A stretch of DNA of 64,000 nt from Limisphaerales bacterium (GTDB lineage Bacteria; Verrucomicrobiota; Verrucomicrobiia; Limisphaerales; UBA11358). The notes below the pieces were generated by a model. It ran no database searches and was not told the DNA's origin. It saw only the letters and a list, made by a program, of their open reading frames with translations. Of this stretch, positions 9,341 to 18,577 are shown piece by piece. Made by a program: the position numbers and the translations under genes. Numbering within the stretch: position 1 is the stretch's first letter; each line of letters starts with the position of its first letter. The stretch lies in assembly GCA_052140285.1 (NCBI GenBank), contig JBKQUF010000006.1, positions 1,133-65,132 of the forward strand. The letters run 5' to 3'.

Positions 9341-10060
9341 TTAGTAATTAAACGTTTTTGTTGGGACGTAAATGATATCAAATGGCTGCAAGTAGAACGG
9401 CGTTTTTTCCTTTCCCTCAAGCACCCGTTTGAGGTTGATGTGATAGGTTTCCTGCCGGCCATTTTTGACCCGCAATACGGTCACGTCCGACAATTTGGCG
9501 CGGCTGGGGTCCCAGCCGCCCGCCGTCATCACCGCCTCGATCACCATGAGGGGTCGGTCCATTTCCACCGGCCCGGGCCGCAGCACCGCTCCGGACACAT
9601 AAACCTGGGACTCGGATGATAACAGTTTCGCACTGATCACATCGCCCGCATCCACCGTCTTATACGCGTTGGTCAGGACCTGCTCAAGTTCAGTCAGCGT
9701 CAGTCCCGAAGCCTTCACCGGGCCAACCATGTCCAGGTTCAACCGGCCATCCAATGCGATCTTCTGAACGGTGTCGAAGTTGGTGGAACCTTCAAATGTA
9801 ATCGACACAACGTCACCCTCATGCAGTTCGTTGGTTGAGTAATTCTCCGCTCCCGGATTTGGGGGCGGTGGCGTCACAACCCCGAAGGGGAGGCCGCCGT
9901 TGGGAAAATTTTGCCATGGTTGGCAACCGACAGCGACCAACGCCAGAGCGGCGCCAAGCGCCAACGCCAGGCACCGCCGAAAAACGGACGGCGTCCGATC
10001 TGCCGTTGCCATTCCGGCGCCACGGTTTTCTGAATTCATAAGCATAAAATCATTTTCCAA
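9341..10060 (-). CDS. polysaccharide export protein (Wza/Poly_export + SLBB), lipoprotein
   Basis: Lipobox 'LVAVGC'. Also 'LHEGDVVSITF...LDGRLNLDMVGPVKASGLTLTELEQ' and the SLBB-like 'VYVSGAVLRPGPVEM'. Start codon is ambiguous, with several in-frame Met. Confidence 0.8.
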   Translation of the reverse strand: MENDFMLMNSENRGAGMATADRTPSVFRRCLALALGAALALVAVGCQPWQNFPNGGLPFGVVTPPPPNPGAENYSTNELHEGDVVSITFEGSTNFDTVQKIALDGRLNLDMVGPVKASGLTLTELEQVLTNAYKTVDAGDVISAKLLSSESQVYVSGAVLRPGPVEMDRPLMVIEAVMTAGGWDPSRAKLSDVTVLRVKNGRQETYHINLKRVLEGKEKTPFYLQPFDIIYVPTKTFNY

Positions 10061-10167
10061 CCGCCACTTCTAATCGCCTTTTGGCCCGCCAGCAAGCGCC
10101 GAAACATCGTTGCCGCCGAATTCACCATTTTGTAACCAAATCCATTTTATCAAAAGTTCATTTTTAA

Positions 10168-11517
10168 TTAGAAAGCATAATTTAACTGAAAGGACACGTT
10201 ATTGTCAGAATAATCGCGGTCGGCCAGGTTCGAGTTACGAAGCGAGTGGGTATAACTCAAACTTCCCTCCAGATGATCGGTGAATTGCCATGAGGCTTGC
10301 AGACCACCACTGTACTCCTGGTACTGTTCGATGGTTTCAATGGGAAAGATGCCGAACAAGTAACCTTCAACAAATGGCTGCTGCCCATCGACATACGACC
10401 CGGACACCCCCACGTTGATTCGTCGGGTAAGCTGCCAGTTGGCTGAATAACCGGTCGTGAATTGCTCCACGTAACCGCTGCCCTGGTTTATTCCCGGCTG
10501 CACGCTGTGGTTGATTTGCAGGCTTTGCGAGATAAAATCCGTGAGTTGCTGGCTGACCGCAAGGCTGACATAATAAGAGTTGAGCGTTGAATTTCCCCCG
10601 GCCGTTGACGGCGAACTGAAGGTGGAAATCGCCGGACCGCCGCTCAAGGTCAGGTGCAGTGACGACAATATCTGCCATTGGAGGTACCCGCCCACACTGT
10701 AACTGGCAGTGTTGCCCTGGCTGCTGACTTGATAGGACGTCTGGCTGGCGCTGGCTTGAATGCCCGCCTGCGTGGATTCGGCAAAACGCCAGCCGGCCTG
10801 GCCAAAGAAATTGTCCGAGGAACTGTTCAGGTAATCGTTCGAGCTGTCTGAAAAATTAATCGAGCGGCCATAGCTCGCCTGGAAGGTCCATTTTCCCGGG
10901 TCCCATTCCGCCTGTGCGCCAATCGTGTTGGCGAATTGCGGCAAAGTGGCCACGTTGGCGAGGGCGGGTTCCGTTTTGACCTGGCGGGAATAGCTGAACT
11001 GGTCGTAAAACGTGAAAATGACGTCGTCCACCGACAGGGCGTACGTCAGGGCGGAATCCGGTGTGATTTCCAGTCCGTTGTTGGCTGTCTCTTTCAAGTA
11101 ATGAAGATAGCCGACACTGGTCCCGAATTGAAGCTGGGAGTGGTCCGTGGCCGGCCAGTTGAATCCCAGGTTGACGCCGCCCCGCGAGATGACATCGGAT
11201 TCGACGTCCGTTTGGGATTCGTTGACGTTGTCGTCATAAGCCACCCCGGCATATGCGCCCAAGGTGAGTTGTACCGGACCCAGATGCGGCCGGTCCGGTG
11301 GCACGAAGGTTGGATTGGATTGCGCGGCGATGGCGTTTTCCAGCGAGGTTTCACTGAGCAACGCTTCCTGTCCTTTCGCGAGGCACAACGGGAACGCCGC
11401 GCCCAAGGACAGCAGTCCCATACGCAAGCTTGCGGACCAGGCGGCGGTTCTGAATCTTCCCGCGGCGGCTCCGCCTTTCTTAAAAGGAAAATTCAATGGA
11501 ACCGGCTTGGCGCTCAC
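10168..11517 (-). CDS. outer-membrane beta-barrel protein (EpsL-like role possible)
   Basis: 449 aa with a signal peptide, alternating beta-strand pattern and aromatic C-terminus '...VSFQLNYAF'. Lies directly upstream of the Wza-like gene on the minus strand. Confidence 0.6.
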   Translation of the reverse strand: MSAKPVPLNFPFKKGGAAAGRFRTAAWSASLRMGLLSLGAAFPLCLAKGQEALLSETSLENAIAAQSNPTFVPPDRPHLGPVQLTLGAYAGVAYDDNVNESQTDVESDVISRGGVNLGFNWPATDHSQLQFGTSVGYLHYLKETANNGLEITPDSALTYALSVDDVIFTFYDQFSYSRQVKTEPALANVATLPQFANTIGAQAEWDPGKWTFQASYGRSINFSDSSNDYLNSSSDNFFGQAGWRFAESTQAGIQASASQTSYQVSSQGNTASYSVGGYLQWQILSSLHLTLSGGPAISTFSSPSTAGGNSTLNSYYVSLAVSQQLTDFISQSLQINHSVQPGINQGSGYVEQFTTGYSANWQLTRRINVGVSGSYVDGQQPFVEGYLFGIFPIETIEQYQEYSGGLQASWQFTDHLEGSLSYTHSLRNSNLADRDYSDNNVSFQLNYAF

Positions 11518-11637
11518 GACGGAATGCTAACTGGTTGGCGGCCGAGGCACACGTTACGAAAGGATGACGAAGGGGAAAAGCAGAAAACAGAGATTAGGGC
11601 ATTTTCGTAAATACTGTAGTCACCAAACGGGCGATGA

Positions 11638-11678
11638 GTGTTCGGCGGGACGCCGAACACGGCGACCGTGACGGTCGC
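11638..11678. repeat. two tandem perfect hairpins (REP-like, family E)
   Basis: GTGTTCGGCG-gga-CGCCGAACAC followed by GCGACCG-tga-CGGTCGC, located just 3' of the porin stop. No T-run follows. Confidence 0.5.
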
Positions 11679-11689
11679 GCTCCCCGCTC

Positions 11690-13369
11690 TCAGAACCTCA
11701 GCGTCAGATCCACCTGGTAAATGTCAAAGCTGTTAATGGGATTGATTTGGGGAATGTCCCCCGTGTCACTCCCGCCGGTTCCCAGCAGATTGTTGATACG
11801 GCTGGCGTGGCCGTAACGGAAGGTGGCGATGAGGTTGCCGGTCAAACCATAGGCGGCGGCCACGTAAATGCCCTGCAGGTTTTCCGCTCCCTCGAAGAAG
11901 TCCACGTCCAGGAGGTTGGGGTCCAGCGAGTATTGTTCAATGTGCTGCCAATAGGTTCTGACTTCCCAGGCGTGCCTCTGCGAAGTCGTGGCATTGACCA
12001 GCCCTAAAGCGTCGCGGCTGCCGATGGCAAAGCCGATTTGATAGGCTTTGACATCCGACGTTTGCGCCGGAAACGAATGCGGAATGCCAATGGTGCTGCT
12101 GGGCGGCAATCGAGTCGCCAAAACAGTTTGATACGCTGTCGCGGCATCCCGTGCGCGCGCTGCGCCATCCAGATTGTAGGATGCGTCGCCAAAGACCCGC
12201 GCGTCGAAGCGACTGATTTTGAAATTGAATTCAAAGGGAACTTCCACCACAAACAGATGATCCAAGCCGACTTGATTGAAGGGATAACCGATACTGCCCG
12301 CCCCGGCGATGCCGTTATAGAGTCCGGGAACGTATCCGCTGCTACCCGAGGCGTAGCCGTTGGCGGAGCCGCCGGCGTAATAATACGCGCCTTCACCGAC
12401 ATAGGGATCGCCATAATAAGGGGCATAAGCCAACGCATTTCCGGAGCTGGACTGGAGTCCGATATACTGGTATAATGTGGCTGCAGCCTTCGCTGACATG
12501 TTGGTGTTGATGTGGTAGTTAAACCCTCCTTGCCATGTGAGCATGAAGATATTGTCCTCCTTCTGGCCGCCTCCAGCTTCTAATACACCTGAAGTTCCTG
12601 GAATGTCCAAGCCTGCGGAAGCCTCACTGGGATTCATGTCCGCGTAAAGAAATTGTCCGAATGTGGCAAACAGGTCCGCCTGTCCGACCGTATGTTTGAA
12701 ATTTTCCGCAAAGCCTTCCGGGCTGATGTTGCCGCTCCAAACCATGGGCGTGGTGTAGAGTGGATTGGGCATCTTGCCCACGGTTAAATCCAGCCAGTCC
12801 CCCCAACGCCAGCCAAAATACAGCTGGCCAATGGTCATGGTCGCCTCGGATTTGCCAAACGGCCCATAATACGGCGATTCACTCGCGGAGGAGCCAAACG
12901 TGACAGAAGGCGAACGCGGATTGTTGCCGGTCTCAAGCCGGAGACCGTAATAAAAGTTGTCGTACAAGTCGCCCCGCACGCCGAACCGCACCGCGTAGCG
13001 ATAACGCTGGAGATCAATCCGGTTGCCGGCGGGGTCTTCTTCCGAACGGTCCTCGTAGCGCAGACGCGCGTCCCCATACAGCTGCATTTTTTTGAACCCA
13101 TTGCTCATTGCCCATCTGGATGGCGGCATCGCCGGCATTTGCATTTGATTGGAGCGCATCGTGGCGGCTTCGGCCTCCACCTGCTCGGCCTCCTGTTGCG
13201 TCACGAAACCTTTTTGCACGAACAAATCCAGCAACGGGTCGGCGGAATTGGATGCTGCTGGAGCATTGGTCGGATCCTGGCCCCAAGCCCGCATTCCCAT
13301 GGCCAGTGCCGCAATCAGGAAAATCTTCGCCGCTTGAAATGTCAGGCGCCGGGCCTTCGTGAATGTCAT
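11690..13369 (-). CDS. putative outer-membrane porin
   Basis: Signal peptide from the ATG at 13369 (MTFTKARRLTFQAAKIFLIAALAMGMRAWG). N-terminal helical 'LLDLFVQKGFVTQQEAEQVEAE', then beta-rich sequence ending '...VDLTLRF'. An alternative start at 13414 is possible. Confidence 0.6.
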   Translation of the reverse strand: MTFTKARRLTFQAAKIFLIAALAMGMRAWGQDPTNAPAASNSADPLLDLFVQKGFVTQQEAEQVEAEAATMRSNQMQMPAMPPSRWAMSNGFKKMQLYGDARLRYEDRSEEDPAGNRIDLQRYRYAVRFGVRGDLYDNFYYGLRLETGNNPRSPSVTFGSSASESPYYGPFGKSEATMTIGQLYFGWRWGDWLDLTVGKMPNPLYTTPMVWSGNISPEGFAENFKHTVGQADLFATFGQFLYADMNPSEASAGLDIPGTSGVLEAGGGQKEDNIFMLTWQGGFNYHINTNMSAKAAATLYQYIGLQSSSGNALAYAPYYGDPYVGEGAYYYAGGSANGYASGSSGYVPGLYNGIAGAGSIGYPFNQVGLDHLFVVEVPFEFNFKISRFDARVFGDASYNLDGAARARDAATAYQTVLATRLPPSSTIGIPHSFPAQTSDVKAYQIGFAIGSRDALGLVNATTSQRHAWEVRTYWQHIEQYSLDPNLLDVDFFEGAENLQGIYVAAAYGLTGNLIATFRYGHASRINNLLGTGGSDTGDIPQINPINSFDIYQVDLTLRF

Positions 13370-13412
13370 CGGGCGCAAATGCTGGCCATTGAATGCGACG
13401 GGTTTATGTCGC

Positions 13413-13434
13413 ATCGGTTACAAATCGGTTACAA
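13413..13434 (-). promoter_or_regulatory. perfect 11-bp tandem direct repeat (ATCGGTTACAA x2) upstream of the porin gene
   Basis: Read directly. On the minus strand it reads TTGTAACCGAT x2, and the second TGTAAC is followed by N16 then CGTC. Confidence 0.3.
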
Positions 13435-13475
13435 ACAAATTTTACCCAATACCAAGGAATTAAAGAAAATGAGGT

Positions 13476-13594
13476 TTTTCGACACCAAGGAAACAAAGGG
13501 AACGAAGATTTTCCCGGGCGACGTGCTTGTCGGAGAGCGACGCTAAATTGGACGACTTTTTGGCTTCTTCCTTGTCTTCGTTTGCTTCTGTTAA
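13476..13594. repeat. REP-like element family D
   Basis: 'gacaccaaggaaacaaagggaacgaag' and its inverse-flavoured partner 'cttcttccttgtcttcgtttgcttc'. A related copy lies at 14261..14313. Confidence 0.5.
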
Positions 13595-13609
13595 ATAAAT
13601 GGGCGTTTG

Positions 13610-14053
13610 TTATGCCTGCTGGCTTTCCGCCGCAGGCGCCGGGGCGGGCCGGGCCGGTGGCGGCGCGTGAATGACCGGCACGGGATAGCGCAGCTTCAAC
13701 ACCTCGTCCACCAGCGCTTCCACGAAGTACGTTCCGGCGGTCTTGAATTCAAGGTTGCCGAAAACCGTAATGGTGGTGGCGTGCTGCGCCGGGTCGCGCA
13801 GTTCGAATTTCGTTTCGCCCTTGTTGAGCACGGTGCCGCCGTCGGGCGCCATCAGCCGGATGGTTTGAATGAACTGGCCGACGCCCGCCGTCCAGCGGTT
13901 GAAGACACAAAGACGCGCGGCGACGACCGGCAGTTTTGGCACGCGAATGAGATTGACGACCCCGATGAGGAAGAAATTGCCGTTGGCTTCCTGGCGGATT
14001 TCCTCGCACAGAAGCGAGGCCTGCAAATCGGGTAAAATTCGGGTGGCGTTCAT
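13610..14053 (-). CDS. hypothetical protein (beta-rich, Pro/Ala-rich tail)
   Basis: Likely start MNATRILPDLQ at 14053. No motif recognised. Bracketed by family D repeats. Confidence 0.5.
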   Translation of the reverse strand: MNATRILPDLQASLLCEEIRQEANGNFFLIGVVNLIRVPKLPVVAARLCVFNRWTAGVGQFIQTIRLMAPDGGTVLNKGETKFELRDPAQHATTITVFGNLEFKTAGTYFVEALVDEVLKLRYPVPVIHAPPPARPAPAPAAESQQA

Positions 14054-14201
14054 GGTGTTGAAATCATTCTCGTCCTCATCCTCATTTCTCCATTGGAGGA
14101 AAAATTGCAGGCGGGATGCCGTTGCCACGATGGGCATGGTTTGTTACGCCAACATGCGCGGAAGGCGACAATTCGGTTACGAAGTAATAAAAAGTATAAA
14201 A

Positions 14202-14229
14202 CAGAAAGCAGAAAGCAGAAAGCGGAAAC
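14202..14229. repeat. heptanucleotide tandem repeat (CAGAAAG x3 + CGGAAAC)
   Basis: Read directly; intergenic. Confidence 0.8.
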
Positions 14230-14260
14230 CTGCATAAATTCTTATGGGTTGGTACAAAAT

Positions 14261-14313
14261 GACACGAAAATGAAAAAAACTTTGTTTTCTTCGTTTTTTT
14301 GGTGTCAAGAATC
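14261..14313. repeat. REP-like element family D (palindromic copy)
   Basis: 'gacacgaaaatgaaaaaaactttgttttcttcgtttttttggtgtc' pairs with the 13476 copy. Confidence 0.5.
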
Positions 14314-14350
14314 CGTGGTTTATTGAAAAATCGTGAATCGCAAATGTCAG

Positions 14351-15535
14351 TCACCACTGCAACGCGCGATAAAACCGCTGTGGGGCCGTGGCGGGGTCTG
14401 TCAATTGCAGGTAGCCGCCCGTGCCCGCCTGCAGTGGCAGGGAGAGCCAGAGGCTGTCGGTGAGGGAATTCTTGTATTCCAATTGGTAGGTTCTTCCGTT
14501 GCGCGTGGGCAGGGTTGCGCTGAACCCATTCGTTCCCAACGCCGGGTTGGTGAGCGCCGCCCGGATCGCCGGCGGAGCGGAGCCAACCAGCGCCAGGCTG
14601 TTCACGTCTCCGGCGGCGATCTGCTCCACATTGGTCAGATTCACCGGCACATTCGTGTCACCTTCGGTGTCCAGTCCCCAAGCCACCACGGTCCCGTTGC
14701 TTTTTAGCGCCAGGCTGTGCCAGGCGCCGGCCGCCACCGCCACCACGTTGGTGAGACCGGCGGGGACATTGGTCTGGCCGTAATTATTCAGCCCCCAGGC
14801 GAACACGGTTCCGTTGGCCTGCAATGCCAGGTTGTGCCAGCCCCCCGCCGCAATCGCCACCACGTTGCTCAAACCGGTGGGGATGTTCGTCTCGCCGTAA
14901 CCCTCGTTTTCACCCCATGCAAACAACGTGCCGTCCGACTTCAACACCAGATTATGGTAGCCGCCGGCCGCGATGGCCACCACGTTGGACAAGCCCTCCG
15001 GCACGGTCCCTTCGTAATCCGGCGAATTGTCTTCCCCGCCCCAGGCGGCTAGTGTGCCGTCGGTTTTCAGTGCCAGGCTATGGTAAAACCCGCACGCCAC
15101 CGCTACCGCATTGGCCAAATTGTCCGGCACGTCCGTCGCGCCCCAGGTATCGTCTCCCGTCGCCGCCACCGTGCCGTTCGTCATCAGCCCCAGGCTGTGC
15201 AGGTCCCCGCAGGCCACCGCCAGATAATTGGCCGCCGGCAGATCAAGCTGCCCCAGCGTGTCATCGCCCCAGCCTTCCACCGTGCCATCGGCCTTCAAGG
15301 CCAGGCTGTGACGCCAGCCGCCCGCCACCTCCGTGGCGTTCGTCAAATCCGCCGGCACGATGGATTGGCCCCAGTCATTGATTGAACTGGTGTCCACAAA
15401 CGTTCCCGCCCCCCACGCCACCACCCGCGTCTGGCCCCGGCCGGGCTGAACGAAGGCAAAGAGGCACAGGCATGGGAGCATTGCTCTCAAAAACAATCCA
15501 GCGGTAAACCCGGCTATGCGCTCTGTGTTTTTCAT
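14351..15535 (-). CDS. secreted RCC1-repeat beta-propeller protein with a C-terminal 'RFYR' beta-domain
   Basis: Seven or so repeats of 'VVAIAAGGxHxLALKxDGTxxAWG'. Signal peptide from the ATG at 15535 (MKNTERIAGFTAGLFLRAMLPCLCLFAFV). Ends '...TYQLEYKNSLTDSLWLSL...PQRFYRALQW'. The first 88 codons of the ORF track entry lie in REP repeats and are rejected. Confidence 0.8.
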   Translation of the reverse strand: MKNTERIAGFTAGLFLRAMLPCLCLFAFVQPGRGQTRVVAWGAGTFVDTSSINDWGQSIVPADLTNATEVAGGWRHSLALKADGTVEGWGDDTLGQLDLPAANYLAVACGDLHSLGLMTNGTVAATGDDTWGATDVPDNLANAVAVACGFYHSLALKTDGTLAAWGGEDNSPDYEGTVPEGLSNVVAIAAGGYHNLVLKSDGTLFAWGENEGYGETNIPTGLSNVVAIAAGGWHNLALQANGTVFAWGLNNYGQTNVPAGLTNVVAVAAGAWHSLALKSNGTVVAWGLDTEGDTNVPVNLTNVEQIAAGDVNSLALVGSAPPAIRAALTNPALGTNGFSATLPTRNGRTYQLEYKNSLTDSLWLSLPLQAGTGGYLQLTDPATAPQRFYRALQW

Positions 15536-15602
15536 GATGGCCCGGGAATTATACTGGCCGCCATTTCGTAAAGTCAAAAATTTTAAGTTTAATGTCCGAA
15601 CT

Positions 15603-15805
15603 CGCTTTGCGTCCTGGAGTGCGGTGGCTGGCGGGGAACAGGGCTGACACCGCTTTCGCTTCAGTAACCGGCAGCCGGTGCGAAAGCGGCGTGTGCCCCC
15701 ACCCCGCACCCGCCGCACTCCAAGACGACAAGCGAATTTGCCAGCGAACCCAAAACCGCTTTGCGTCGTGGAGTGCGGTGGCCGTGACACCGCTTTCAAA
15801 TCGCG
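15603..15805. repeat. REP-like element family A (three units, nested inverted repeats)
   Basis: Units 'cgctttgcgtcctggagtgcggtggc' (15603), an inverted copy near 15711, and 'ccgctttgcgtcgtggagtgcggtggccgtgacaccgctttcaaa' (15757). The same family recurs at 18578..18731. Confidence 0.75.
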
Positions 15806-16202
15806 GATGATTTCCCAATGTCCATGTAAAAAAATCTCTTGTGCGTTTCATGCCTGCCCGCCGTAGCCTCGGCGGAGGCGGGTGTTTGGTGGTTGAATTT
15901 TTTGCAAACCAGGAGTTTTCTTGAACCGGCTAAAGTTACCTTCTTGCGACAAAATCCCCCCAAACATCCAAAAACTGCAAACAAAAATCACAACTCGTTG
16001 CATTTAAATGAATTATACAGAATTGTTCCAGGTCTTAAAACAGGCCTTTCAAGTCCTCTGACGGGTAGTTCTTGCGCCGGCTTGGTGGTATAACTTTGAC
16101 CGTGGAACCTGATTGGGGTTCAAACAAACCAAAACACAAACCAAAAAGGAATAATTAAGCCGACAAAAGGAGTAATTAAACCAAAACAAACACGATACAA
16201 TT

Positions 16203-17012
16203 ATGATTATACAAAAATTAACCAAAGCGGGGGCGCTGGTCGCCGGCGCATTGCTGGCCTGCCAGGCGGCGCACGCGGCAGGCATCACGGCCAACGACCT
16301 GTATATGGGTTTCCAAAACAGCGGAGCGAGTTCCGATTACATTGTCAACCTCGGCGCGGCCTCCAGCATTCTTGGACAGGATACCGTCGTCAATTTGAGC
16401 GGCGACTTCACCGAGAGCGACATTACCGCCATCTTGGGCGGTGCTGGTACTTCCTATGCCGGCACAATCGGCGCTAACAACGCCGGTGGCGTCCCGTCGG
16501 TTGCCAACCCGGCGGATGCATATGGCACGGTGTTGCGCACCAGCAACCTTGGAAATAACGCTGTGTCCGGTTCCGTTCAGCCCACTGCAATCAGCAGTGG
16601 TTCGGATATCACTGCCTACAATGACCTCGGAACCCTGAACGCGCCAGCTACTGCGGGTGGCCAACTGGATTCCGGCAAAACGTTTACAGCCGATGTTCCG
16701 TCCAGCGGCGCAGCTGCTGGCACTTACAATAGCGCCACCGGGTTGATCCCGAACTCGGCGGTCACCACTTCCAGCGCCCTTATCGAAGACCTTTGGTACA
16801 CTGCTGATCCCAGCACCGGACGCACCGACACCAGCAAACCGTGGGTCTATGAGGGCTATTTCACCATTGACTTGACTGGTTCCAGTCCTGACGTGACCTT
16901 CACCAGCGACTTGGTGACCGCCGTTCCCGAGCCGACCACTTACGGCCTCATGGCTGGCGCTGGCCTGCTGCTCCTGAGCCTTCGCCGCCAACTCGGTGTC
17001 AAGCTGGCTTAA
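16203..17012 (+). CDS. PEP-CTERM sorting-domain secreted protein (paralog P1)
   Basis: Signal peptide, passenger of about 230 aa, then 'VPEPTTYGLMAGAGLLLLSLRRQ'. The passenger is homologous to 20149..21102. Confidence 0.85.
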   Translation: MIIQKLTKAGALVAGALLACQAAHAAGITANDLYMGFQNSGASSDYIVNLGAASSILGQDTVVNLSGDFTESDITAILGGAGTSYAGTIGANNAGGVPSVANPADAYGTVLRTSNLGNNAVSGSVQPTAISSGSDITAYNDLGTLNAPATAGGQLDSGKTFTADVPSSGAAAGTYNSATGLIPNSAVTTSSALIEDLWYTADPSTGRTDTSKPWVYEGYFTIDLTGSSPDVTFTSDLVTAVPEPTTYGLMAGAGLLLLSLRRQLGVKLA

Positions 17013-17076
17013 TCACAAACTTCCCGAAAAAATAAACAACGATAAACAACGACAACGACAAAAAAATTAAACAATT

Positions 17077-18483
17077 ATGAAAATTAACAGTATATTAACC
17101 ACGGCGCTTCTGGCGCTGGGAGTTGTCTCCCAGGCTGGCGCGACCAATCCCTCCGCTCCGACGATTTATTATACCGGATCCACGGCGTTCCGTTCAACGA
17201 TTTACACCTCGTTGGCCGATAACACCGGCGATAGCGGCGCCGTGTTCGCTGCCGGCACCCTCCAGTTTGGCACCTGGGGCAACAGTGCCCCTGCCAGCGC
17301 CAACTACATGGTGTTTTACGGCGAATTAAAAGGCACCTCCACCTACGTCTATATCAACGCGGCGTGGAGCGGTTCGGAAGCGGGCATCGCCTCGGCCTGC
17401 AACACCAACTTGGTGAACACCCGCCGCGACAATTCGACGGTAACCCTGGCCGGCTCGCCGGAGACGTGGGTGGATGACACCACCTGCACCCTGGCGGCGG
17501 CGCCCGCAGGCAGCGTCAATGCCGGGAGTCCGGGAGCCAATGGTTCTCCCGCCAACGGCGCGCAACTCGAAGCGGCCCCCCACGGCTCGGATTTGGCCCA
17601 GGCAGACACGTCCCAGGCAGTTTCCTGGACGCCCAATGCGGGGAGTGGTCCCACGGATTTGAAGGACTACGGCTCGCAAGGCGTGGTCACCTTCGTGATC
17701 TCGAAGAATGTGAACCCCGCTCCCACCACGGATTGGAGCTCAGTCACCAACATCAGCCTTCCCCAGCTTGTTACATTGTTAAATCTGGGTTCGGTGCAGT
17801 CTTATTTCCTCTCCGGCGATCCGAATGGCGCTGAGTATGTCTATGCGGTTGGCCGCAACCTCGGTTCGGGCACGCGCATGAACGTTCTGTCCGACAGCAC
17901 TTACGGTGGCCAGAAAACAGTGGACCAATTCTCCATTGGTTACGGCGTTGACAACCGCGACCCGGGACAAACCCCTGCCACGCTCATCCTTCAGAATGAA
18001 GGGGACAACGGCTATGAAAGCGGCGGCGGCGTGGCCAAGGCGCTGGCCGACACAGGCGCCAGCGACACCGCTGGCAGTTGCCAGCAGGCGGACCCGATTC
18101 ACGGCGGCACCGGTTGGTTTGCCATCGGCTATCTCAGCCCGTCCGACGCCAACAGCACCGGCAATAACGGCGGTCAACCTACTCCGCTGCATCCCGGCCC
18201 CGCCAACTGGATCACCGTGAGCGGATACCCCTCGAACAACAACAACATCGAGAACGGCCAATGGTGGTACTGGGGCCATGAACATCTGTATGGCCGCTAC
18301 AACATCGCCGGCACCCTCGCGGACCAGGTGGGAGGCGTCCTCTTCACCGCCGTGTCGGATGAAATTGTAAATCTGGGCCTCGGCGTTACCCCGGCCGGAA
18401 ATGACGCTGCCATTCCCTACAGCCTGATGTTTGCCAAAAAGGGCAGCGACACGGCTTTCCCGATTCCTGGCGCTGGCGAATAG
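17077..18483 (+). CDS. secreted protein, possibly periplasmic-binding-protein (PstS/PBP_like_2)-like fold
   Basis: 468 aa with a signal peptide. 'IYYTGSTAFRS' and 'GRNLGSGTR' are reminiscent of phosphate-binding PBP motifs. The assignment is weak. Confidence 0.35.
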   Translation: MKINSILTTALLALGVVSQAGATNPSAPTIYYTGSTAFRSTIYTSLADNTGDSGAVFAAGTLQFGTWGNSAPASANYMVFYGELKGTSTYVYINAAWSGSEAGIASACNTNLVNTRRDNSTVTLAGSPETWVDDTTCTLAAAPAGSVNAGSPGANGSPANGAQLEAAPHGSDLAQADTSQAVSWTPNAGSGPTDLKDYGSQGVVTFVISKNVNPAPTTDWSSVTNISLPQLVTLLNLGSVQSYFLSGDPNGAEYVYAVGRNLGSGTRMNVLSDSTYGGQKTVDQFSIGYGVDNRDPGQTPATLILQNEGDNGYESGGGVAKALADTGASDTAGSCQQADPIHGGTGWFAIGYLSPSDANSTGNNGGQPTPLHPGPANWITVSGYPSNNNNIENGQWWYWGHEHLYGRYNIAGTLADQVGGVLFTAVSDEIVNLGLGVTPAGNDAAIPYSLMFAKKGSDTAFPIPGAGE

Positions 18484-18526
18484 TCTTGGCATTAAAATTG
18501 AGTTAAACGCAGTTTAACAACGCAAC

Positions 18527-18558
18527 CGGCGCGGAGAATTCTCCGCGCTGGTTTTTTT
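18527..18558 (+). terminator. Rho-independent terminator
   Basis: Perfect palindrome gcgcggagaattctccgcgc followed by a T7 run, 44 nt after the 18483 stop. Confidence 0.8.
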
Positions 18559-18577
18559 ATTGGAGTGCTGACTAATT

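Noticed and set aside
15549-15851. Small ORFs (60-100 aa) in 15549..15866 and 18492..18827, and the first 88 codons of the 482-aa RCC1 ORF
   Set aside because: All are translated from REP family A palindromes, so the same peptides appear on both strands. A proper signal peptide begins at the internal ATG at 15535.
16218-16991. 257-aa minus-strand ORF opposite the P1 PEP-CTERM gene
   Set aside because: Antisense artefact. The plus-strand frame has the signal peptide, a paralog and the PEP-CTERM tag.
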